Of a DNA stretch of 63,464 nt, positions 44,201 through 54,310 are shown in pieces (position 1 is the stretch's first letter; every line of letters starts with the position of its first letter). A program made the position numbers and the translations under genes. The notes beneath the pieces are model-generated. The model was not told the DNA's origin, searched no databases, and worked only from the letters and a program-made list of their open reading frames with translations. Origin of the DNA: Prevotella sp. (lineage in GTDB: Bacteria; Bacteroidota; Bacteroidia; Bacteroidales; Bacteroidaceae). The stretch is from NCBI GenBank assembly GCA_017551005.1, contig JAFZNI010000339.1:1-63464 (forward strand). Direction: 5' to 3'.

Positions 44201-47200
44201 CTCTGGCACACCGCTCTTGAACTTGATATGGATATTGACGATGTGACGCTCACTGACCGGCGTGACATTGAGACCTGAGGCATCGCTCTCCTCATATTCA
44301 TAGAGGTAGATGACAGTGATGATCTTCTCCTGACTGAGGTTGTAGATGTCGGACTCGCTCGAGACGTAGAGCGTACTGATCTCCGTAGGCGATGTGCCGT
44401 GGATGACGAAGCCCTGCTGGTAGTTCTTCAACTGTCCGTAGTCCGCCTCACCGATAATCACACCCTTCGGCACTTCCTCACCTATATCATAAGTCGTGCT
44501 GGAGGTACCGGTCTTGATACCCATCGTCGTGACTGGCACACCCTCACCCTTCTCGTTGACGGTATAGGCCTCACGGCAATAGTAGTAGTTTGTGGGTACA
44601 TATTCACCACCCACCTTGTTGGTGTGCGACTCGGTAAAGGTCAGCACATCGACGTTTGTCTTCTGCTGGGCAGTCAGAGACGTATAGAGCGTCTCGTCGA
44701 TCACCTGACCGATCGTGTAAGGAATGTCACCACGCATAAACGCATTGTTGACGACATAGTAGTCACCCGGTTCCTTCACCGTGACAGGCGAGTAGTGGTG
44801 CTTCTCGTTGGGGATATCCTCATAGCGCTCACGTGTCATCCACTTATCCGGATCGGACTCTGGCTTAATCGTTACCGTCGTGCCATTCTCATCAATATAG
44901 GACTTCTGGTCGCCCCTATATTCCGCCTGATAGTCTATAGGCTGTGTGACGGAGTATATCTTCGGACTGTTCGGACCGTCGTACTGCGGCTTGTTTCCGT
45001 AGTTGCTCTCCAGACGATCACTATATGTCGGATCGACAAGCACGTCGAAGGCATCGTAGTTGAAGTCGAAGTTTTCTCGATCCTCCTTCGACATCGAACA
45101 GAAGGTGTCAAGGGCACGGTATGCCTTACCCTCCACGAAGTAAGAACCGCCGTAGAGTCCGGTTTCCGTACAGTAGTAACCGTCGGACAGGTATTCGCTG
45201 AGGAAACTGTTAACCTCTGCATCCGTCCATGAGTTCTTGGCCTTCAGTTTGGTCTTGATCTCGTTGACATCGTCCGTCGAGAGCAACTTACCCGCATAGA
45301 TATAGTCTGTCGTTGAGAACTCGATGAGATTGTTACATACCATAGCCGCCTCCATCTTACCGGTGAGTGCCGTCCACTGAGCATCGGTATAGTTGGACTT
45401 ATAGACGGGCGTACCGGGATAGAGGTGCTGCACCTCATCGCCATTCGCATCCTTCACAGAGTGTTCATCGGTCATGATATAGGCCCGCTCCACCTTGGCC
45501 TGACCCACCTTCTCGCTCGCACTCAGGTTAGGATCAACCTGAGTCATATAGGTGTTGTAAACAGTTCCAAGGACCACCTCGCCCTTCTTGTAGGTGTGCT
45601 GTCCATAGACACCACCCTTGCCGGCCTTCGGCGTAAACGTCGGACCTTCGGTGTACTGACCCTGGCTACCCGATGACTCGTTACTGTACTGCTCCGTACT
45701 GAGACGTTTGCTCTGAGACGGGTCATTCGTCAAGGTGTAGTAGTTGTTCCACACCATCGGGTTGTTGATGTCGTAAGTCAGGACATATCCCGTCTCATGA
45801 CCCAGGTTATTCGACGGGCGGAAGACAAAGTCGAAGGCCACATCCTCATTCTGCTCCACATGGAAGACTGACGGCACTGCCTCAGCGTCCTCACCGTCGA
45901 TCTGCTTCTTGGGTGCGGCATTCCTGAGCCTCAGATACTCGTCGGGCAGCATCACATAGCCCTCGGGATAAGTATTCCCGTTGAGGGTACATTCGGCAAT
46001 GGTGGTATAGGTCTCCTCGACGAACTTCGCCTGGTCGGCCTCATTCAGCACGCGGTACTCCCAATAAGAGATAGGATCGTTAAGTTTGTAACTTATGTTG
46101 TTGGCCTCGAAGTGGTCATCGGCATTCTCGCCGCCCATCTTCATGCCATTCTTGTCGTAGTAAGCATAGTAGTTGGGCTGCACCTCGCGCAAGGTCATCC
46201 TACCGTTGGAGGCAGCAGAGATGGTGAGCGGCAACTCCACCTTCTCGGCGTAGGCGTTGGCCGTGCCGGTATAGGCAGAGATATACTGGTCGTAGACGTA
46301 GATAGAGCCCTTGATGAACCAGTAGTGAGCCGGTGATTTCACATAGCCGTCATTGTAGATACCGCCATTGGGATAACAGTCGTCGACAATCTGCTTGGTG
46401 TTATGGACGAAGTTACCCGAGGTCTCGATACCCTCCAAGTTGCTCTGGTTGTAAGTGAAGTGTCTGTATGTGACGGCAGGAATATTATAGTCAAGGAGAG
46501 TGACCTTACCCCAATCATTGCGTGTCTTCTTACCATGTTGATTCTTGGCATAGACATAGCCACCACCCATACCCTGCATCACATTGATGAGGTCGAGTTC
46601 GATGACACCCGTGACGTAACCCCATTCGTCTGTTGAAGTAGCCTCACCATCCTCACGCTTGATTTCCAGATAGACACCCGATGCAAGAGCCACCTTATTC
46701 AGGCTGGTACCGTTGTTGCGGTACTTGCTCTGCGGATCCTTGGCTTTCCAAGCATAATAGGTCTCGCCGTCGGCATCAATACCGCCGTTAGCCACGTCGG
46801 TCTTGCGAGTGTCCTTGTCACTGTCGAAGAACACGTCGCTGGTCAGGTTACCCAGGTAGTTCACCACGCTGTAGATGCCGAAATAGTTGCCGTGTACGGC
46901 ATCGTCGCCTGTGTCGCCGGCCTGCGTCTTGCGCTGGTTCAGCGACAACTCGCCCACACGGTTAATGGTATAACTGTTATAGTCTGATGCCTTCACACGG
47001 TCCTGGGCACCCTTCAGGACGAGACGGCTACCAAACACGCCGCATAAGTCAGCACGCTGGATGGTATTCATCGGGCGACCGGCATAGCGGCTGCACACAC
47101 CACCCAAATCCCACATGGCCTTCTCTGCGGCATCCATCAGGGCATATTCACCCTCTTCTATCTGATCGTCTGCCTGATAGACCTTTGTGCCTTCAGCCCA

Positions 47201-50200
47201 ATAGATCTTCTCAGTATCCGACAAGGTGTCATACTCAGCCTGGGTGATCTTCTGACCCTTACGATAGGTTGTTTCCGTATCATGATCGGTATGCAGTTGC
47301 CTGCTCTCATAGTACTTATAAACATGCGTCACATTAGTCACATACTTCAACTGGTAGTAGGCTTTCTCACGCTCAGTCAGTGTCTGATAGCCTGTATAGT
47401 CCATCGTCGGGTCAAGGCTATAATAGTCTGTACCATAGTTATCGATATGCAACTCACGGAAACCATCGACGAACGTCAGGTTGCCATCACCATAGATGCC
47501 ACCGATATCATCCGTACCAATCGTAATCAAGTCACGGTTATAGGTATCTCGCACCGACACGGCCGCATTTCCATATACAGTATATGCGTCTGCCGCCACG
47601 TTTTCACTGCCCTCACGGCTGTTACCACCGGCGAAGACGGCGTTATGGATGATGATACCGTCGGTATTATCACCCCTGAAGAGTGTACTCCAATCGGCAG
47701 AAGAGCGAGTCTTGTTGCCCAACTTGTTCAGAGCCTCCACCGGGACATAGGATCCCTTAGAATAGGTGGTACCACCGATAGTGACACCTCCGTCGGCAAA
47801 CACCTGGCAATAGGGCTCTACAACAACACTGCAGTCGAGGGTCAAGCCATTTGCGATGGCACCATTCTTATAATAGAATCCACCACCCTCTGTGGGCATT
47901 CCGTTGGTAAGTTCATCATCACTGACCCTTGGACCGATTTTCTTGCCAATAGCACTATAGACGTATCCTTCGTTACCACCAGCGAACACATTACCATCAC
48001 CGCTGAGGGCACCTGCCTCGGTACCAACCTCACCGCCACGGATATGCACTTCGGTAGAACCAAAGACATAGCCCTTGGAACTGAGGTAGAAAGGAATCTT
48101 GTTCTCATCCTTCATGTACTTCGTACCGTCACCGCCCCAGTTTTCAAAGCCGCGACCGCCACCGAACACATTACGCTTCACATGACCATCGTACAAGACA
48201 GTCTTCGTGCTACCGCCCTTATAGATCTTTGCATCAGCATTGATAATGGCTCCCTCTGTAGGTGCGTCGTCACTCACCGAACCGCGTCCGATAGGGCCTA
48301 TCTCACCGCCACCGTAGAGACAACCTCTCACAGTGCCACCATACATACAAATGTCTGAAGCGTCAGTATAACTGTTAGCCACATATCCACCTCCGAAAAT
48401 ATTACCGCCTTCAGCAAGCAGATTGTCATTAAGAACGGCATCGTCGAGTTCCTCCACATAGTCGTCGTTCTTATAGCGGTAGCCAACATGGCCGTTATTC
48501 ATGGTGACATAGGCCTTACCAAAGATAGAACCACCCTCACCGCCACCGTACACATTACGGGTAACGGCAGGAGCGCCCGTATAGAAATTGTCATCACCGA
48601 CAACTCCAACCACCACATGGGCTTCGGCATCACGGTCATTCACGTTATTAGCCACATTACTGACCTTGCCATCATGATAGCCCACATTACCTTCCCAGCC
48701 GCCGCCATAGACGTTTCGCACCGTACCACCCTTGATATAGGCATTGGCGGTGGCGATGAAGCCAGTCTTACCGACACCGAAGATATCGCATACATCTCCA
48801 GTAGTACCCGCCGCATAAAGGTCTTTCGCAACCGTACCGCCGAGCACGGCAATATAAGTAGAGCCGAACACGCCACCCGTCAAAGGATTCGATGCCGAAC
48901 CATATCCGCCACCGTAGGCATAGCCACCCACCGTGGCACCCTTCTTGATGATGACATTGGTATTGTATCTCTTATAGAATCTTGCCTTCACCTCGTCTGA
49001 GAAACTGCTCAAATCACGATCATCGATCTCTGCTGGTCGAACAAGCGGATTGTTGAGGTTGGTGTATTGATATGGATTATTGGCATTATATACATATCTC
49101 TGAAATTCTCCAATAGGAGCATAATAATCGCCGATAGTCCATGCATCTTTCCATGCTTCTAACCATTCATCCTTATAAGAAGCCTTCAGCGTACCACCCA
49201 CAGTGCCTCCTTCCCATTTATCTGAGGCACCCCAATACTCATCTTCATTGGCCACCATTTCTGCAGGCTGGGTGCTATAGAGTTGCAGGTACTTCTGTAC
49301 ACTCTCGGCATTGAGCACATTACCCAACTCGCCGCCACCATAGACCTCATAGACATTGGCACCTTCTTCCAGGTTCACCTCGGTATATTCCGCCCATGTA
49401 TATTCACCACGGCCAGCCCCAAAAATCTTGCCGGTATAATTATTATCCTTAAGCACCGGTGCGGAGATATTAACCTTGGCGTAAAGCGTGCGACGCACGT
49501 TGTTGTTACCGCCATAGATGGCACCGTTCACACGGGCATCTCCACTCTGGTAGTTCACGTTCGACTCATAGACATCACAGGGCGGGAGGATCTTCATACC
49601 ATACGCTCCACCGAAGATGTTATTGATTTTGATGGTAGACTTTTTGTTAGACTTTGCCGGCACATTGACAACAGTACGGCGGGTGACGCCTTCCTCAAAA
49701 CTACCGCCATAAGCGGCAGCCACCTTTCCACGCATCAGGTCGATAATGGCAGACGCCTCGTTGGGATCGAAGCGTTCTCCACCATCCTTGCCGTCCTTAA
49801 ATGTTTCTTCGGCTTTATAACTCATACCGAGACCATTATAGGCACCTGCACCAAAGATTTCCAGATTAGCGAAATTATCAATGTTGTCGGGAATGTCGAT
49901 AAGCACATAACTGTGATCCTGCAACTTGTCACCATCACGGTCGCCCGAATAACCCTCTCCGCTACCGAAGACTTTTTCGATATGATTTTGGTCGTTCGTG
50001 TTGGCTCTGATATTGACGAAAGTGTTGTGGAGATAGGGCTTCTTCAATTTACCATCCTTATCCTTCTGGACACGGGCTATAATAGCAGCATCTTTATAAT
50101 CATAGCAGCCATAACTGCCACCGAAGATACGATCCACCCTACCCTGAGTATATTCCATGTAGGCCTTGACCTTTTTGACCTGCTCCTTGTAGGTATTATT

Positions 50201-53173
50201 CACCAGGTCACTGACTTCACTACGGATGCGGCCCGTGAAATCTGCATTATTCTCACCTAAGACACTGCCGCCCAAGTCGTTGCCGCCATAGATATGGTCA
50301 CGGATCCAAGGGAATCCAGACTTGGTCGTCGTTCCTTCTGTCCATTGACCCACGTAGGTCTCCGTATGTCCGATGATATCAGCATTACATGAGCCTGCGA
50401 AAGAATTGAAGATACGGCCATTACCGAGATAGACATGGGTGTTACCGGCAATGAGGCCCTCGTAGGCACCACCGTAGAGATACTCACACTCAGCCATATC
50501 TTGGCTGTCTCCTGCAGCGCGCCTTGCCACACCAGGAATCGTACTGGTGTTACCAAGGGTGATATAGGTGCTGTATTTCTCGTCGTATCCGTATTTTAGA
50601 TCAGAAGAATTCGAACTTTCGTCGGCTTTGCCGATGGCACCCATCTCGCCACCGCCGAAGACTTGGAAGGCATAGCCCTTGTTCAGGTTGATGGTGGTAC
50701 TGCCCCATATCTCGGAGTCGCCGCCATAGCCGCCACCGAACACGCTGAGAGCAGAGGCAAGCGCATCTACGCCCTGCTGAGAGAGGATGACACCGGTATT
50801 ACGCGTCGAGATGTTATAGTCTGCATTCTCTGCATTCTCGTATATCTTATCTCCCTCATCCGTCACATCAAAGATTATGTCGCGCTCATGGATAGAGGCA
50901 TTCAGGTTGATGACCACATTACCGTTCACATGGCCTCTTAAGTAGCAGCCGCCATAGATGTTTCCGCCTAAGAGACGACGGTCGAGGTCATCGGCATTGC
51001 TCTTGCCAGATCCTGACGTGACAGGAGCGACATCCTTACCTGTAGAGGCACTAACCGTGTTCCATTCCAACTGGCGACTACCATTGTCAAGAATATAGGT
51101 AGGATTACCATTCGCATCCTTGACAATATCATAGTTTCCATCTCTTTGCACTTTCCAACGCATGGGCCGAATCTTCAGACCACCGAAGTTCAGGATGAGT
51201 TTGTTGCCATTCGTGTCAGCATCACCCAATATACCGCCCAAATATTGCGTATTATAGGCAGTCTCATAGACATTGGCCTCGTTACTGCCACCCACAACCT
51301 TTTCATAGATCACCACTTTGTCGTTGAAGTCAACAGTAATGGCATCGTTTCTCCTCATACTGCCCACGTTTCCTCCACAATAGAAAGAGCCGAAATAGGT
51401 GGAATACGGTTCATATTTTCCAACGTCATCGAAGACCACACGGGGCATGACGTCCATCGTCACACCGTTCATGTACTCGTCAAACTGATCCTTTTGGGTC
51501 AGGTCCATCGAGTTAAACCTCTTAGTTGAGCCGGTGACGGTACTCCGTAATGTACGCAGAACACCTTCCGCTATTCCCTTTGAATCATCTTTTTCATCAG
51601 TCTTCACCATGTTGGCACCATTGTTGCCCAGGAAAACCTTGTCGGCAATGACATAGGATCCGATCTTAAGTTCTGCCGCCTTGGTAGCATCGTCGTTGTG
51701 TAGCGTTGCGCTGTTGCCACCACAGTAGATGGCTCCACCGATGACGGTATTGGTTATCTTTCCTGTCGTTGCATCCTTATTTCCTACCACACGGATGGAA
51801 ACAGACTCGGCATTGGGGCGGAACTGGTTAAGCGCCTGAACAGACTCCAATCCGGTAAAAGCGGATCCTGCAGCCTTTCCTAATATCTTATTGACATCAT
51901 AATAGAAGTCCTTGTATGTCTCTAACGCGCCTAACTCTGCATTGTCGGTATAGGCATACGAGCCATTACCACCACCATAGACATCACCCTTGATACTGCT
52001 ATGGATACCCACGGCATTACCCCCATAGATGTTGCCGGAGATATCATTACCGCCATAGACATTGGTAATGTCTCCTCCCGTAATCAGCACGCGGGCTGAA
52101 TAGCCAGCAGGGAAATATGTACCATCAATGGTCTCCTCGGCAATAGTATTCTTATCTGGGTTCACGTCAGCCATACGGCATCCGCCAAAGACATTCTCAA
52201 TCGTCAGTTTGTTAGACTGGGTCGGATTGATAGACAAAAGAATACCATTATCATAGGTCATAGCGCCCTGGTTACCACCGCTGTAGATATCACGAATGAC
52301 ACCTGCCTGCAGATTCCATTTCGGACGGATGGCCATCGGTGCCTTGTTGTTTCCGCCAAAGACACGGGCAAAGTTAAAAGCATAACTGGTCAGGTTGCTC
52401 TGGTAAGTTGACAATCCCACCCTTTGTGCCAAATCTTGCAATTGTTTTTGGCCTGCGGTAGATGTCGGGTCTGCAGGCCATACATTTGTCTGCGACAGCA
52501 CAGGGCTCTCATTGTCAATACAGATGGTGGTGTTGGCCGTTACTGTCACGTTATTACCACCGCCATAGAGGTGAGCGATGCAACCACCCATAATTTCCAA
52601 ATACGTCTTGCCGAGTTCGGGCAGTTTGACCTTCTCGTATGTCGTACCGTCTATGGTGGTATTATATGTACCCGCTTCTTCTGTATTTTTGGTGTAGGTA
52701 TAGTCACCATTGCCTCCACCATAGAGACTACCAATCACAAGGCTTAAGCGATCTTTTGCATCTTGCGTCACTGGTGTCGGACTTGTGCGGACAAAGGCAT
52801 TCCAGGAGTTGTTAATAGCGTTTTCTCCCTCCTTCTTCAAGTCGTCAGCAGGAATAAGATTCGTACCTACATCATTTGGATTAATCTTGGTACCTACCGT
52901 TCCTGCGATATCATTTCCACCATAGACTGAGGTGATGAAGATATTGTCGGAAGCATGATCGCCATCGATATTCACGAAGGCACTGCCGCCCACGTCAGCC
53001 AATCGGGCACCGCCATATACATTATTCAGGTCACCAGCACGCACGGTGACAGAGGTGCTACCATCGACAACACCTTCATTACCGCCGCCATAGACATTGC
53101 CGCTAATGGTAATCTGGGCCTGCATCAAGGATGCAAACAAACTACACAGTACTATGGTAAATATCCTTTTCAC
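41225..53173 (-). CDS. Giant 3982-aa secreted protein: N-terminal GNVYGGG repeats, central Tyr-rich repeats, C-terminal T9SS-type domain
   Basis: GTG start; signal LMQA|Q followed directly by ITISGNVYGGGN; ends VRIVTPAGITLKTF...GVYIVQ...KKLAVK, resembling a T9SS CTD. Confidence 0.87.
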   Translation of the reverse strand: MKRIFTIVLCSLFASLMQAQITISGNVYGGGNEGVVDGSTSVTVRAGDLNNVYGGARLADVGGSAFVNIDGDHASDNIFITSVYGGNDIAGTVGTKINPNDVGTNLIPADDLKKEGENAINNSWNAFVRTSPTPVTQDAKDRLSLVIGSLYGGGNGDYTYTKNTEEAGTYNTTIDGTTYEKVKLPELGKTYLEIMGGCIAHLYGGGNNVTVTANTTICIDNESPVLSQTNVWPADPTSTAGQKQLQDLAQRVGLSTYQSNLTSYAFNFARVFGGNNKAPMAIRPKWNLQAGVIRDIYSGGNQGAMTYDNGILLSINPTQSNKLTIENVFGGCRMADVNPDKNTIAEETIDGTYFPAGYSARVLITGGDITNVYGGNDISGNIYGGNAVGIHSSIKGDVYGGGNGSYAYTDNAELGALETYKDFYYDVNKILGKAAGSAFTGLESVQALNQFRPNAESVSIRVVGNKDATTGKITNTVIGGAIYCGGNSATLHNDDATKAAELKIGSYVIADKVFLGNNGANMVKTDEKDDSKGIAEGVLRTLRSTVTGSTKRFNSMDLTQKDQFDEYMNGVTMDVMPRVVFDDVGKYEPYSTYFGSFYCGGNVGSMRRNDAITVDFNDKVVIYEKVVGGSNEANVYETAYNTQYLGGILGDADTNGNKLILNFGGLKIRPMRWKVQRDGNYDIVKDANGNPTYILDNGSRQLEWNTVSASTGKDVAPVTSGSGKSNADDLDRRLLGGNIYGGCYLRGHVNGNVVINLNASIHERDIIFDVTDEGDKIYENAENADYNISTRNTGVILSQQGVDALASALSVFGGGYGGDSEIWGSTTINLNKGYAFQVFGGGEMGAIGKADESSNSSDLKYGYDEKYSTYITLGNTSTIPGVARRAAGDSQDMAECEYLYGGAYEGLIAGNTHVYLGNGRIFNSFAGSCNADIIGHTETYVGQWTEGTTTKSGFPWIRDHIYGGNDLGGSVLGENNADFTGRIRSEVSDLVNNTYKEQVKKVKAYMEYTQGRVDRIFGGSYGCYDYKDAAIIARVQKDKDGKLKKPYLHNTFVNIRANTNDQNHIEKVFGSGEGYSGDRDGDKLQDHSYVLIDIPDNIDNFANLEIFGAGAYNGLGMSYKAEETFKDGKDGGERFDPNEASAIIDLMRGKVAAAYGGSFEEGVTRRTVVNVPAKSNKKSTIKINNIFGGAYGMKILPPCDVYESNVNYQSGDARVNGAIYGGNNNVRRTLYAKVNISAPVLKDNNYTGKIFGAGRGEYTWAEYTEVNLEEGANVYEVYGGGELGNVLNAESVQKYLQLYSTQPAEMVANEDEYWGASDKWEGGTVGGTLKASYKDEWLEAWKDAWTIGDYYAPIGEFQRYVYNANNPYQYTNLNNPLVRPAEIDDRDLSSFSDEVKARFYKRYNTNVIIKKGATVGGYAYGGGYGSASNPLTGGVFGSTYIAVLGGTVAKDLYAAGTTGDVCDIFGVGKTGFIATANAYIKGGTVRNVYGGGWEGNVGYHDGKVSNVANNVNDRDAEAHVVVGVVGDDNFYTGAPAVTRNVYGGGEGGSIFGKAYVTMNNGHVGYRYKNDDYVEELDDAVLNDNLLAEGGNIFGGGYVANSYTDASDICMYGGTVRGCLYGGGEIGPIGRGSVSDDAPTEGAIINADAKIYKGGSTKTVLYDGHVKRNVFGGGRGFENWGGDGTKYMKDENKIPFYLSSKGYVFGSTEVHIRGGEVGTEAGALSGDGNVFAGGNEGYVYSAIGKKIGPRVSDDELTNGMPTEGGGFYYKNGAIANGLTLDCSVVVEPYCQVFADGGVTIGGTTYSKGSYVPVEALNKLGNKTRSSADWSTLFRGDNTDGIIIHNAVFAGGNSREGSENVAADAYTVYGNAAVSVRDTYNRDLITIGTDDIGGIYGDGNLTFVDGFRELHIDNYGTDYYSLDPTMDYTGYQTLTEREKAYYQLKYVTNVTHVYKYYESRQLHTDHDTETTYRKGQKITQAEYDTLSDTEKIYWAEGTKVYQADDQIEEGEYALMDAAEKAMWDLGGVCSRYAGRPMNTIQRADLCGVFGSRLVLKGAQDRVKASDYNSYTINRVGELSLNQRKTQAGDTGDDAVHGNYFGIYSVVNYLGNLTSDVFFDSDKDTRKTDVANGGIDADGETYYAWKAKDPQSKYRNNGTSLNKVALASGVYLEIKREDGEATSTDEWGYVTGVIELDLINVMQGMGGGYVYAKNQHGKKTRNDWGKVTLLDYNIPAVTYRHFTYNQSNLEGIETSGNFVHNTKQIVDDCYPNGGIYNDGYVKSPAHYWFIKGSIYVYDQYISAYTGTANAYAEKVELPLTISAASNGRMTLREVQPNYYAYYDKNGMKMGGENADDHFEANNISYKLNDPISYWEYRVLNEADQAKFVEETYTTIAECTLNGNTYPEGYVMLPDEYLRLRNAAPKKQIDGEDAEAVPSVFHVEQNEDVAFDFVFRPSNNLGHETGYVLTYDINNPMVWNNYYTLTNDPSQSKRLSTEQYSNESSGSQGQYTEGPTFTPKAGKGGVYGQHTYKKGEVVLGTVYNTYMTQVDPNLSASEKVGQAKVERAYIMTDEHSVKDANGDEVQHLYPGTPVYKSNYTDAQWTALTGKMEAAMVCNNLIEFSTTDYIYAGKLLSTDDVNEIKTKLKAKNSWTDAEVNSFLSEYLSDGYYCTETGLYGGSYFVEGKAYRALDTFCSMSKEDRENFDFNYDAFDVLVDPTYSDRLESNYGNKPQYDGPNSPKIYSVTQPIDYQAEYRGDQKSYIDENGTTVTIKPESDPDKWMTRERYEDIPNEKHHYSPVTVKEPGDYYVVNNAFMRGDIPYTIGQVIDETLYTSLTAQQKTNVDVLTFTESHTNKVGGEYVPTNYYYCREAYTVNEKGEGVPVTTMGIKTGTSSTTYDIGEEVPKGVIIGEADYGQLKNYQQGFVIHGTSPTEISTLYVSSESDIYNLSQEKIITVIYLYEYEESDASGLNVTPVSERHIVNIHIKFKSGVPEIGKLSNPSVVLPGTTVGLMPPTVSQGAFRVTDSGWEIFSNQNDADTHTNGQPFYNNVTPLYWYQNDYYLAYYAQTHLGKTYSNSVQFTVANYHDLAKVMADKENHYFIDHKDVDREPKIYINDYSGDDNPQNGLDLFKNLMDLTYVVNNDAEGNPKVISGGALDGHMPLDLTHKNQPMKGGQYLEFILNTDLERESTTANPWTPIANNDGECFMGKLHGDGHYISGLNNSLIHKLCGDVYNLGVMGSFNSAGVADTGEGYVANCWVKTTGTPDEGVKAVFGNPNADDGSTQVFNCYYPETNGYAAGDGLRKMPEKAFYNGEVAYNLNGYYLHKRYYDNNTSDMGTTPQTYNYFVDGTDDNGDAVLTKKEGKYGTDFKQFTYVEDRYADGDIFYADGIIPETTNIRQYDEGLESYYYPIWPDDYIYFGQVLNYGHLTDYEHQDVPSSINKSDTRTQTSLGGNRVYRAPAYFRSNKMEVAYYNPYAVFAQTKKGDASEIAYQNMTAIDFTGYNDVSKGYKKGLVENTDGIKHFFPPLLDDDGLTGFRNVNLTQNLLAYAPEVTVNAATHDVLDNYFSDLACVEEADDEMTADIDESNYRRIAAVSTSDNERIKGHVIFKSGDNFVTDRDHYLVDKQDFNAPIGYTMGEGYRMWYQRTPDNYVDDKKGWEAVSLPFSAELVTTSDKGEITHFYSGSTTGHEYWLRGYKGGSVSSTDANTFVASFGKPDAGSGSKEFENTFLWDYYYSFDEYLDKNTDEYQKTYYRDEHTYGGYPYSGAGTPYIVGFPGNRYYEFDLSGTFVPKYTHSGIDQLKPQVISFASDKGITIGVSDDELAPVTANNYRFVPNYMGKTIEAGTGYLLNADGSSFKKNTADVAAVPFRPYFMAAGSGARTRGDVEQIIFGNDDSSIGGDEEKDPRDGKIYGTLRIYTKKHEIVVESSLTYTTDVRIVTPAGITLKTFTIQPGETIETFVANQGVYIVQSADGRYMKKLAVK

Positions 53174-53179
53174 TATTCA

Positions 53180-54304
53180 CTAATCACTATTCACTACAAT
53201 CGCAGGGTTATTCAGTTCACTCTCAGAGAGCGCGTAAAGGTAAGTAGGCTTCACTGTCAGAGTGATAGTCGTACTCTGCCCCCGTAACAAGCCGGCCAGA
53301 CCACTAACATCCGACAGACTGTTTATTGCCTCACAGTTTTCTCTCACACGCGTACATTTATTATTATTGAAGACATCGTAGGCATAGATGTCGTAGGTAA
53401 AGCGGAGTAGCAGATGACGGCCGATAGCCCCCTCGGCCTCGCCACCTGGAGCGAAATAGCCAGGAATGGTCCAACTGGCATCCTCTGGGAGATCCACACC
53501 ATCAGAGTGGTCCGGATTGGTATCATCGTTGTAGTCGTAGATGATGCCTGAAGGTCTTTCTGCCCCGGCAGTGACATTCTCCACCGCATAGGTAATCGTG
53601 CCAATAGGACTGTTGTTATCGGCATTAGCCGTCAGCGGCACTGCCACCTCCTTCAGTGTCTTGTCTGACAGCAACTCGATCTTTTTCACCTTGATAGCAC
53701 GCATCTTGTGATAGTCGGCATCAATCCTGACACTGAAATCAATCTTAGCAAATAGGTGGTCGAGCAGCAGACTGACATGGTTATACACCCCTTTCTCAAA
53801 ATAAAAATTGCCCTGATCCGGCACACCGGCAACGTCTGCGGCACTTGTGCCATGTTTGATACCAACGATGACACAAATGTCACTTCCTGTGACGGGACTG
53901 ATATTCTTCAGCGTGAGTACAGCACCGTTGTTATAGGTTGACGATGTGCTAATTGTTGCAGAGGCGGCGGTGGCAGGTGAGAAACCGTAGATGCAGTTAT
54001 GTGGGTTCTTCACGCCGATGGTGGATTTCCAAGTTCCATCATAGATGAACTGTCCCTCTGTCTTATGGGTGGTCGTCGTTGCCGTTTCGCCAGACATCAG
54101 GAAGATATGGATCGGGTCGTAAGCCTCGCCGGCATCTATAACCGCCATACGGGTAGCAGCGAAGAGAGACAGCGGAGCCTCCTTCGTTTCGGGGAGAACA
54201 GGTCCTGGATCTGGCAAATCCCCACCTGCCTGTTCCGAATCTTTGGAACAGGCTGCAAGCAGCAAGGCTGCCAGAAGAAATAGCCAACTCTTATATCTCG
54301 TCAT
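53180..54304 (-). CDS. Fimbrillin-like lipoprotein (type V pilus accessory subunit)
   Basis: Lipobox LAAC-SKD, AATR motif, LDHLFAKIDF strand typical of fimbrillins. Confidence 0.7.
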   Translation of the reverse strand: MTRYKSWLFLLAALLLAACSKDSEQAGGDLPDPGPVLPETKEAPLSLFAATRMAVIDAGEAYDPIHIFLMSGETATTTTHKTEGQFIYDGTWKSTIGVKNPHNCIYGFSPATAASATISTSSTYNNGAVLTLKNISPVTGSDICVIVGIKHGTSAADVAGVPDQGNFYFEKGVYNHVSLLLDHLFAKIDFSVRIDADYHKMRAIKVKKIELLSDKTLKEVAVPLTANADNNSPIGTITYAVENVTAGAERPSGIIYDYNDDTNPDHSDGVDLPEDASWTIPGYFAPGGEAEGAIGRHLLLRFTYDIYAYDVFNNNKCTRVRENCEAINSLSDVSGLAGLLRGQSTTITLTVKPTYLYALSESELNNPAIVVNSD

Positions 54305-54310
54305 ACTTCC

